From Planctomycetota bacterium (GTDB lineage Bacteria; Planctomycetota; SZUA-567; H5-PLA8): 30,221 bases of DNA. The notes under the pieces were generated by a model, which saw only the letters and a program-made list of their open reading frames with translations, searched no databases and had not been told where the DNA came from. The position numbers were made by a program, and so were the translations under genes. The DNA is taken from positions 1 to 30,221 of the forward strand of contig JBBRPR010000087.1 in the NCBI GenBank assembly GCA_038227875.1, written 5' to 3'. Below are positions 7,274 through 15,124 of this stretch, one piece after another. The first letter of the stretch is position 1; each line of letters opens with the position of its first letter.

Positions 7274-9022
7274 ATGGACGACGCCACCCTACTTTCGCTG
7301 GTCACCGCTGACGCCAACGCTCAGAACGCGCTCGCAACCTCTACGCGTTTTCCCCTGGAACGCCACGCCATCGCCGCCGAACTGCAGCACGCGCCAACTG
7401 GAGTCGACGACCCGATCTGGGCCGACCTGCCCGTCGTCGGAAAATTCTTTCACGATCGTCTCGAGGACGGATTGGAGTCCTCCACGCGCGCCGTGGCCGC
7501 GTGCGACGCGCGCGCTCTCTACGTCCATTTCGAATGCGATGGCATTCCCGCGCGGACAAAAGTTCACACCCAATACTACCTCGCCGACAGCGTCGAACTG
7601 TTCCTCGATCCCGCGCACGATCACTACCACTACCTGCAATTGGCGATCGCCGCCGACGGCACCTGCGTCGGCAGCCGGCGCACACGCCCCATCGACAGTC
7701 AGCGCTGGGAGAACAAAGGAAAAGTGGACGAACGACCGCTCAACGCCGGCGCGTGGAGCGGCCAGGCGCGCATCGCGAAGACCGGGTGGAGCGCGATGTT
7801 CACGATTCCGTTTGAGACGCTTGGCGTCGATCCGCGCCACGCCGGCCCGCTGGGCTTCAATCTCGGCCGCCAGCGGCGCGATGGAGCCGGTGAATTTACG
7901 CAGTGGAACCAGACGCACTTTGGCGCGCACGCGCCGTGGGCGTTTGGACAATTGTATCTGCGGCAAACTCCGCCCATTTCCGTTGAGCAGATCGACCTGG
8001 GCGAAATCCGCCTCTGGGAAAACCGCGGCGAACTGCTGGTGCGCAATCACGCCAAACGCGACCTGGATCTCACGCTAAAAGTAGCCGTGGAATGTGGTGC
8101 CGGGGAGCCGTCGTTTTATTCTGAATCCAAGCCGGTGAAACTCGGTGCGTCCGGTGACGTCCAGCGTGTCCCGTTCATCTTCCCGTTCAATCCCGAGGAC
8201 TACCGCTGGAACAGCCTCAACCTGGAACTGACCGGAGCGGACCGCATCCCGCTCTGGAAGGGCAGCTACAATTTTGGCCGCGGCTGGCCGGGTTGGCTGC
8301 TGCCCATCGATGACCGCCGCGAAGGCCCGGACGTTCCCAACCCCACACCCGAAGATCCGCAGTTCATGGCCAACAAGCGCCGCTACATCATCCGCCGCCT
8401 GCCGCGCTTCATCCGTAAAACGACCACGCAGGGCGCGCCCAGCGACTTTACGCTCGAGGCTGCGGACGGCTCCGTCCGCTTCGATCTGATGAAGCCCGGC
8501 GTGCTCCAAGCCATGGCCGACTACATTTATTCGCGCTACGACAACGACATCGACCGTCTGCTCGGCGCAACATTTTTCATTCATCAACCCGCCGTGATCA
8601 CGTATTCCAATAAGCCCAGCGACCTCGTCTCCGCTCTCGGGCCATTGTCAGTAATCCGCTTTGGCGGCGCGCAATGCTGCTGCTCCGCGGCCGCGCTGCT
8701 GGGTCTGATCGAAAAAATGAAATGCGACGACACCGGCCGCCTGTACCGCGGCACGCGCGTCAGCATCCCCGGCCATGTCACGACGGTGATCGAATACCGC
8801 GGCAAGCGCGTGCATCTCGATCCGTCGGTGGGCCGCTTCTACTATTTGCGCGACAACCGCACGCTCGCGTCGATGGAAGACCTGCTGGCCGACCCGGCGC
8901 TGGCGGGCCGCACCGGTAAGCATCTGGAAGAATGCCACCGCACCGCCGCGAAGTCGCCGGACTCGCCGACGTTCTATCGCCCCGACAGCGGCGTCTGGCC
9001 CACCGGCGCGCCAGCGGAATGA
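7274..9022 (+). CDS. CBM9/DOMON-like sugar-binding domain fused to a C-terminal transglutaminase-like (Cys-His-Asp) domain
   Basis: N-terminal DDPIW, LYVHFECD, DSVELFLDP, GWSAMFTIPFETLG, GFNLGR, H-x-P-x-x-FG-x-L (CBM9-like pattern); C-terminal GAQCCC (C468-C470), GHVTTVIEY (H501), HLDPS (D516); no obvious signal peptide. Confidence 0.65.
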   Translation: MDDATLLSLVTADANAQNALATSTRFPLERHAIAAELQHAPTGVDDPIWADLPVVGKFFHDRLEDGLESSTRAVAACDARALYVHFECDGIPARTKVHTQYYLADSVELFLDPAHDHYHYLQLAIAADGTCVGSRRTRPIDSQRWENKGKVDERPLNAGAWSGQARIAKTGWSAMFTIPFETLGVDPRHAGPLGFNLGRQRRDGAGEFTQWNQTHFGAHAPWAFGQLYLRQTPPISVEQIDLGEIRLWENRGELLVRNHAKRDLDLTLKVAVECGAGEPSFYSESKPVKLGASGDVQRVPFIFPFNPEDYRWNSLNLELTGADRIPLWKGSYNFGRGWPGWLLPIDDRREGPDVPNPTPEDPQFMANKRRYIIRRLPRFIRKTTTQGAPSDFTLEAADGSVRFDLMKPGVLQAMADYIYSRYDNDIDRLLGATFFIHQPAVITYSNKPSDLVSALGPLSVIRFGGAQCCCSAAALLGLIEKMKCDDTGRLYRGTRVSIPGHVTTVIEYRGKRVHLDPSVGRFYYLRDNRTLASMEDLLADPALAGRTGKHLEECHRTAAKSPDSPTFYRPDSGVWPTGAPAE

Positions 9023-9026
9023 CGCG

Positions 9027-10175
9027 TCACGCCTCCGGCGACGCGCTCGACCGTCCCGGCACGAGCAGCACCGGCGAGCGATAGAGCTTCGGCGCATCAG
9101 TGGGTGACGACTCTGCTGCTGCAAACTCTTCGGCGGCGTCGAAAATGCGCCGCGCCAGCGCCTGCATGTCCAGCCATACGAGCGTGAAATCCTGGCCGCT
9201 CTTCGGGGGCGGGCCGTATTGACCCGAGATGGTCACGATCGACAGGTCCCGCGGCACACTGAGATTTCGCTTTGCCATTTCCACGGCGGCGATGCCTGCG
9301 AACGTTTCGTCGAATGAGAACAGTGCCGTCGGCCGCCGTTTGCGCGGCAGCGCGGCCCACTGTTCGATCGTCGCGCGCAGATGCGCGAAGCGGTACGCCT
9401 GCAGTCCCTTGTGCGGAATCAGCAACCGCCATTCCGGGCGGATGCAGCCGCCCAGGTACCCGCACATCGCTTCAAATCCATGCCGCCGCGCCAGCCACGT
9501 CTGCTCCGACGGCCAACCCGGATCGCTCACTTCGTCGGTCACTGCGAAGCGTCGGTGGCCAAGATCGAACAGATGCTGCGCCGCGATCCGCCCCGCGGCG
9601 GCGTTATCGAATGTGACGCTGTTGAGTCCATAGACCGTGGCGTCGCGGTCGACGACCAGCACTTTCTTTTCCGCCAACCGGCGATCCGAGAGCGTCACGG
9701 AATCCTCAACGTCGATCAGCAGCGCCAGGTCGAAGTGATTCCACGGCACGCGTGCCAGGTCCACGCGGCTGCGCGACGGTGTCGAACGGTCCGTGTGCGG
9801 GTTGGGTGATTCGACGAGCTCCAGCCCGCGCCGCGCCGCTTCCGCCGCCAGCAGCGCGTAGAATTTGTTCTTGTTCCATTCCGCTCGCGTCAGCGCCGAA
9901 AGAATGCCGATGCGCAGGCGGCTCCCGCTGGATTTCTCACGCGGACGCTTGCCGGCGCCGCTTTCCGCGCGCACCCAGTTCGCGTTCGCGCGCCGCTCGA
10001 TCAAGTGCTCGTCCGTCAGCTGACGCAGCGCGCGGTGGGCGGTCATCGTACCGACGCCATACATCGCCGCCAGCGCGCGCGTCGACGGAATTGTCTCCCC
10101 GGCTCCGAACGAATCGGTAAGATGCTGGCGCAGCTGCGCGACGAGATGCTGGAAGAGCTGGTTCGGGCGAGGCAA
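9027..10175 (-). CDS. Transcriptional regulator with GntR winged HTH and LacI/periplasmic-binding-type sensor domain (AraR-like architecture)
   Basis: GETIPSTRALAAMYGVGTMTAHRALRQL; DNAAAGRIAAQHLFDLGHRRF; PTALF; VPRDLSIV; TTG start with GGAGA RBS. Confidence 0.88.
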   Translation of the reverse strand: MPRPNQLFQHLVAQLRQHLTDSFGAGETIPSTRALAAMYGVGTMTAHRALRQLTDEHLIERRANANWVRAESGAGKRPREKSSGSRLRIGILSALTRAEWNKNKFYALLAAEAARRGLELVESPNPHTDRSTPSRSRVDLARVPWNHFDLALLIDVEDSVTLSDRRLAEKKVLVVDRDATVYGLNSVTFDNAAAGRIAAQHLFDLGHRRFAVTDEVSDPGWPSEQTWLARRHGFEAMCGYLGGCIRPEWRLLIPHKGLQAYRFAHLRATIEQWAALPRKRRPTALFSFDETFAGIAAVEMAKRNLSVPRDLSIVTISGQYGPPPKSGQDFTLVWLDMQALARRIFDAAEEFAAAESSPTDAPKLYRSPVLLVPGRSSASPEA

Positions 10176-10268
10176 CGGCGTTTCTCCGAGGTACAGTTAT
10201 GGTACAAACACCCTCCTGCGCCGTCCATTAAAAAGTGTATACCTGTCTGGGTAACTGGGAGAGACGAC

Positions 10269-13200
10269 ATGAAAATCGCACCGGCACTGGTACTGGCTCT
10301 GTTGACGTTCGTTCCACTTCAGGCCTTCGCGGCGCAGGTCGCCCTGCGCGCCGATTTTCCCGACGCCACCGTCAAAGACGTCCTGCCGCTCAGCGGCGGC
10401 ATTCCCCTTCCGCAGGGCGCGGCGAAATCGGTCGACGAAATCCGGCTCCTCAGCGGTGACGCGGAAATTCCCAGCCAGGTTACGCGCCTGGCCGTCTGGC
10501 CCGATGGCAGCGTGAAATGGGCCTTCGTTGACGCCGTGATTGAACCCGGCGCCGCGCAGAATCTGAAACTCGAATTCGGTCCGGGAGTCAAGCGCGCCGC
10601 GATCGCCGATGCGCTGGCCGCCACGCTGGACGGTGGCGACGCAAAGATCTCCGGTGGCGGCGTCACCGCGAGCATCAAAAAATCCGGCGGCGGTTTCATC
10701 GACGAATTGTCACTCGACGGCAAAGCGCTGATCACCGCCGACAAGCCCGCGGGCCTGCATCTCGATACCGTGCGCACCAGCGGACCGTCGGCGTTGCCTG
10801 CGGGAACGTTCACGGCGCGCGGCGCCGACCTCATCTCCGATCTGGGAAAAGTTGAGATCAAGGAACTGACCGTCGAATCGCCCGGACCGATCCGCGCCAC
10901 GGTCGTCATCCGCGGCTTCGTGCTCCTGCCGCATCTGGGCGCGACGCTGCCGGACGTCGTCAAGCAGAGCGAGGCGCCGGGACGCATGCCCTTTACCATG
11001 CGCGTCTCGTTCTTCAAAAATTGCCCGGTCGTACTGGGGCAGAATCAGTTCGTCTTCTCCGGCGAACCGGACTGCGATTTCATCTCTCACTGGGGCGTCG
11101 AACTTCCCGGCCGCGCCGGCGAGCACGGAGCGCTGATCCTGGAGCCCGGCGTCGCGCTCGAACAGCGCGGCGATACCACCAAAGTCGTCGACGCTTCCGC
11201 GCGCCTCTGCTGGGCGCCATTGCAGAGCGGCTTCGCGCTGATCCGTTCCGGCTGGGAGAACCGCCCCTGCGGCGTGAGCCTGGAGAACGGCTCGGCCTGG
11301 ATCGATTTCTGGCCGCGCGCCGCCGGTCTATGGGACCTGCGCCGCTACGCCCGCGAGTGGTCCGTCGGCGAATCGGGCAACACCAAAGAACCCAAAGACA
11401 TGGAGTACTACGCCAAATACGCCGCGCGCGGCATGGCCAAGACTCACGACTTCGTGCTCTACTTTGGCGCAGCCGACGCCGCAGCTCTGAGCAAGGCGCT
11501 CGCCAGCCGCAGCCTGCTCCTCGCGTCACCCGACTGGTACGGGTCGACCGAGGCGCTCGGCGCCTTCGCTCCCGAACAGACCAGCGGCGACTACGCATCA
11601 ATCGACACGCAGATGCGCAAGGAACTCAACTACACGCTTTTCAGCCAGGATCTCTTTCAGTGGTACGGCAAGCTCACATACGGATTTTTTCAGAGCCGCT
11701 TCGGGCAGACGCACCGCAACGATCGTTGGGACAATGATTACGGCCGCTGGGGCTGGGCGCTGGCCGATGGCGGCGGCCGCTACGGTCACTTGCTGATGCT
11801 CGAATTCCTTCGCACGCTCGACCGCCGTTATTTCGACGCCGGCGAAGCGTTCAACCGCATCAACTACGACACCAACATGGTCCACACCGTCATGCATATC
11901 GAAAACACGCAAAACTGGTGGAACGCGACGGGTAATTGCCACCGCCACAACGTCCAACCCTTCGGCTGCCCGTACAACGGCCTGCGCGGCGCGTATCCCG
12001 TCGGCAACCGCATTCTCTACAACCTCACCAACGACGGCGCGATCAAGGACGGGCTGGAAATCGTCGCCGACGCCTCCTTTCACCACCATCTGGGCAACAG
12101 CGGCGGCTCCGACGGCGAAGGCTCGGCCGCCAACGCGCTGCTCTGGAAGTACGAATCCACCGGCGACAAGCAGTACCTCGAAAAGTGCAAAGACATGCTT
12201 AACGGCAGTCATCAAATTCCGCCCAAGAACGTCGCCGACATGGGCTACGGACCGTCGTTTGGCTTGTTCAATGCAGCGGGCGAGTACGCCGAGATTTCCG
12301 GCGACAAGGAATTTCAGCAGAAGCTTGTGGAGGTCGCGAACATCGGCGCAAAATCGGAGAAGCCCGGCGAATTCATCTACGCCATCGCCGCCGGTTACCG
12401 CCTCTCCAAGGACGAATCGCTGAAATCAAAGCTCGAAGGCATTCTTGAAAAAATGGCCAAGGATCAGAAAAGCTCGCTGGCCGACCTGCCGGAAAAGGAA
12501 TGGCCCGGCCACCCCGGTTACCGCACGCCCAACATTTCTCCGAATTCCGCCCGCGATATCGCGTATGCACTGGCCGTCGTGAGCACCACGAAGTCCGCGG
12601 GTTTTCCGGCAGTCGCTCCTAAAGGCACCGCGCATCCGCAAATTCCGGAGAGCTGGTACAAGCCCGGCGGTGCGCAGACGGCTCAGGAAAAAGTTCCCGC
12701 GGCGGCGGAACTGCTCAAGCTGACGCCCGGAACCGGCGGCGGAGAACTGACCATCGGCGCGGCAAAGTTGACGCTCACCAACGGCATCGACGCCGTCGCG
12801 ATCAACGGCGCATCGCCGCTCAGGGCGCCAATCTCGTTCTACGTCGATCTCGCCACGTTTAAAGGCGCGGACACGCGCGCGGCATCGAGCATCGAACGCA
12901 TGACGGCGGAAGTTCAGAAATTCGGAAAAGCCGCTGACGGTTCGTTCATCGGCACCGCCAAAGCCGGCGCGGCATCGATCACGTTCCGGCTGCGTCCCGA
13001 TCAGGCCGACGGCGTGCCGTCGCTGCGCGTCGAAGCTGCGTGCACCGTCAACGGCGCATCGCGCGTCGCGAGTTGGGGATTGCTCCTGCCGCTCAAGATG
13101 GGACCCGATGGCCACGCACTGCAGACCACCACGCCCGGTCATTTCCGCCTCGAACGCACGCGCTTGGATCAAAACGACGAGAAGATTCCCAACTGGCTCA

Positions 13201-13886
13201 CCAGCGAATACCACTGGGGCGAAGGCGCGTCGCTCTGGCCGAAGTGGCGGCTCAGCGGCATGGAAGCAGGTCCCGGCGGCAGCTACCGACTCTGGCGCGC
13301 CAATCGCTCCGACGTCGTGCCGTTGTATTGCGATCAGGGATTTGGTGCGCCGTCGTGGTTTGACTTCACGGACCGTGGCGTGACGCCGCGCTGGGGTGTG
13401 ACCGCGCGCGTGCTGCGCCCGGAAACGACGCCTGCCGATCTCTCGCGCCAGGCGATCCGTCTCGATTTCGAAACTGGCGTGATGGAAGTGCAATTCCACG
13501 CCGCCGGGGCCGAGCCCGCTCCAGCCAGCGCCGCCGCCGCGGGCTTAAGCGGCGCGGCCGATGTGATCTTCCACGACGGCTGGCGCGCGCCGCTCTCCAA
13601 GCCGGAACTCACGGCTGCGCAGTACGAGAATTTCATTAACGATCTCAACTACGGCGAGCACTACGGCTTGCTGGCCGTCCGCTTTGCGCTCTCGATCACG
13701 CACAAAGTTCAAGGCCGCGAGTGGGCCGAAAAAGCGCGCGACCTGGGACTGGAGCCGCGCGAAATTCTCTACGGTATGCTCGCCGGCGATGCGCTCGCCG
13801 CGCATTGTAAAAAGCTTGGTGTCAAATGGGACGCGAACGAAGTCGAGAATTCCGTGCGGCGGGTGATCGAGCACTATACGAAGTAG
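10269..13886 (+). CDS. Large secreted PL26/YetA (exo-rhamnogalacturonan lyase)-like protein
   Basis: Signal peptide MKIAPALVLALLTFVPLQAFA; GIPLPQG and WPDGSVKW (N-terminal barrel of YetA/PcRGLX-like proteins); GPIRATVVIRG; WYGKLTYG; FLRT; HRHNV; YESTGDKQY helical-barrel motifs; GGAGA RBS before ATG 10269. Confidence 0.65.
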   Translation: MKIAPALVLALLTFVPLQAFAAQVALRADFPDATVKDVLPLSGGIPLPQGAAKSVDEIRLLSGDAEIPSQVTRLAVWPDGSVKWAFVDAVIEPGAAQNLKLEFGPGVKRAAIADALAATLDGGDAKISGGGVTASIKKSGGGFIDELSLDGKALITADKPAGLHLDTVRTSGPSALPAGTFTARGADLISDLGKVEIKELTVESPGPIRATVVIRGFVLLPHLGATLPDVVKQSEAPGRMPFTMRVSFFKNCPVVLGQNQFVFSGEPDCDFISHWGVELPGRAGEHGALILEPGVALEQRGDTTKVVDASARLCWAPLQSGFALIRSGWENRPCGVSLENGSAWIDFWPRAAGLWDLRRYAREWSVGESGNTKEPKDMEYYAKYAARGMAKTHDFVLYFGAADAAALSKALASRSLLLASPDWYGSTEALGAFAPEQTSGDYASIDTQMRKELNYTLFSQDLFQWYGKLTYGFFQSRFGQTHRNDRWDNDYGRWGWALADGGGRYGHLLMLEFLRTLDRRYFDAGEAFNRINYDTNMVHTVMHIENTQNWWNATGNCHRHNVQPFGCPYNGLRGAYPVGNRILYNLTNDGAIKDGLEIVADASFHHHLGNSGGSDGEGSAANALLWKYESTGDKQYLEKCKDMLNGSHQIPPKNVADMGYGPSFGLFNAAGEYAEISGDKEFQQKLVEVANIGAKSEKPGEFIYAIAAGYRLSKDESLKSKLEGILEKMAKDQKSSLADLPEKEWPGHPGYRTPNISPNSARDIAYALAVVSTTKSAGFPAVAPKGTAHPQIPESWYKPGGAQTAQEKVPAAAELLKLTPGTGGGELTIGAAKLTLTNGIDAVAINGASPLRAPISFYVDLATFKGADTRAASSIERMTAEVQKFGKAADGSFIGTAKAGAASITFRLRPDQADGVPSLRVEAACTVNGASRVASWGLLLPLKMGPDGHALQTTTPGHFRLERTRLDQNDEKIPNWLTSEYHWGEGASLWPKWRLSGMEAGPGGSYRLWRANRSDVVPLYCDQGFGAPSWFDFTDRGVTPRWGVTARVLRPETTPADLSRQAIRLDFETGVMEVQFHAAGAEPAPASAAAAGLSGAADVIFHDGWRAPLSKPELTAAQYENFINDLNYGEHYGLLAVRFALSITHKVQGREWAEKARDLGLEPREILYGMLAGDALAAHCKKLGVKWDANEVENSVRRVIEHYTK

Positions 13887-13901
13887 ACTTGTTGTATGTG
13901 T

Positions 13902-13932
13902 GGAACCTTCCGGTAATTTACCGCAAGGTTCC
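13902..13932. terminator. Inverted repeat between convergent genes (bidirectional terminator or REP-like)
   Basis: GGAACCTT-C-CGGTAA-T-TTACCG-C-AAGGTTCC, a near-perfect palindrome between stops at 13886 and 13934. Confidence 0.55.
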
Positions 13933-13933
13933 G

Positions 13934-14767
13934 TTATTTTCGCTCAATCCAGCACAACAACGAACTGCCCGACGGCGGTCTGCTGAAGATCGCCGACTCC
14001 ACGCGCATGATCAGTTTTAGCACCGCGTGCGACACCGCTCCAGGCGGCTGAAAGCCGCTCTTTACAACGGCCGCCGTGCCGGTGCTTTCTTTGCGCCGCA
14101 GATTGAGCTGCCGCAGTTTCAGCAGCGGCACCATCGAAAATCCCCAGTACCTCATATCGCGTACGGTCAGTCCGGCGGCTTCGATTTCCGTGCGCATCAT
14201 CGTCGTGTCGTAGCGCCGGAAGTGGCCGACGACCTTGTCGTAGACGCTGCGCAGCGATTCCAGCGCCGGCACGTTGATCAGCAACGCGCCGCCGGGCTTG
14301 ATGTGATAGGCGACGGCCTGCAGAAATTCGCGCGTGGTCGGAAGGTGCTCGATGACGTCGAAGAGCACCACGACGTCGTAGCGTTCTTTGAGTTCCGGCC
14401 GGCGCGTGAGGATGTCGTAATAAAATGTGCGCCCACGACCGGGCTTGATCCGCGCCAGCGCGCCGAGATTCAAGTCGGTGCCGTCGATGGTCCAGGCCGT
14501 GTAGCCTTCGAGCTGCTCGCGGACGATGCCGGTGCCGCAGCCGATGTCCAGCACCGCGAGATTTTTATCGAGCGGCAATTGAGCCGCGGCGAGGAGCTTT
14601 TTGACCGCGCGAAAACGCCAGTCAAACCAGAAATGGGACGTGGTGTTATACGTGTACCAGTCTTCCGCGAACTCCACTGCACCTTCGGGTTTTGAAAAAA
14701 GTTCTATGAACGGCGGAAGATTTAACGGCGCTGCTGGTTGTTCGATTTTCGGCGCGAGCTGACTCAT
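13934..14767 (-). CDS. Class I SAM-dependent methyltransferase (type common in glycan biosynthesis loci)
   Basis: VLDIGCGTG; YDVVVLFDVIEHL; IKPGGALLINVPA; YDKVVGHFRRY. Confidence 0.9.
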   Translation of the reverse strand: MSQLAPKIEQPAAPLNLPPFIELFSKPEGAVEFAEDWYTYNTTSHFWFDWRFRAVKKLLAAAQLPLDKNLAVLDIGCGTGIVREQLEGYTAWTIDGTDLNLGALARIKPGRGRTFYYDILTRRPELKERYDVVVLFDVIEHLPTTREFLQAVAYHIKPGGALLINVPALESLRSVYDKVVGHFRRYDTTMMRTEIEAAGLTVRDMRYWGFSMVPLLKLRQLNLRRKESTGTAAVVKSGFQPPGAVSHAVLKLIMRVESAIFSRPPSGSSLLCWIERK

Positions 14768-14804
14768 TTTCGGTCACGATCCCGGCCGGTAGTTTCTTGC
14801 AAAA

Positions 14805-14886
14805 TGCGGACGAAGGGAGTTGAACCCTTACACCTTTCGGTACCAGATCCTAAGTCTGGCGCGTCTGCCAGTTCCGCCACGTCCGC
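14805..14886 (-). tRNA. tRNA-Leu, anticodon TAG, no encoded CCA
   Basis: Reverse complement GCGGACG TGGCGGAACTGGCAGACGCG CCAGA-CTTAGGA-TCTGG TACCGAAAGGTGT AAGGG-TTCAACT-CCCTT CGTCCGC A: acceptor stem, long variable arm, T-loop and discriminator A. Confidence 0.97.
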
Positions 14887-14900
14887 AGGCACAGAGGCAC

Positions 14901-14929
14901 ATGATTTCCGCGCCAAGCAGTGAAGTCAA
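14901..14929 (-). promoter_or_regulatory. Putative sigma70-type promoter of tRNA-Leu
   Basis: Minus strand TTGACT-17 nt-AATCAT, ending 14 nt before the tRNA 5' end. Confidence 0.5.
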
Positions 14930-15124
14930 GTAGCGTGGCGCGTGGGTTGCTACTGTCAGCACTCCGCTGGAAATTTCGGGCCAATTGCAATTTGGAATGA
15001 CCCGAAGTTCCGAAAGATTTAGTAAACGAGTGTTGTGATGAATCACACTGATCGTTGTGTTCGTGGCACGCGCTGGTCGGCGTCCTCGAATCCGGGTTAT
15101 TGATTTTTTTAAGGAGGACGTCTC

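Noticed and set aside
7054..7317. 87-aa minus-strand ORF or riboswitch in the AT-rich region
   Set aside because: No motifs, overlaps the start of the plus-strand gene; no riboswitch consensus (c-di-GMP, SAM, TPP, cobalamin) recognised by eye, though an Rfam scan was not run
10005..10268. Upstream extension of the PL26-like ORF
   Set aside because: Overlaps the divergent regulator; RBS and signal peptide point to ATG 10269
14805..14886. tRNA-Leu as an integration site for an island
   Set aside because: No integrase and no duplicate of the tRNA 3' end noticed in the window
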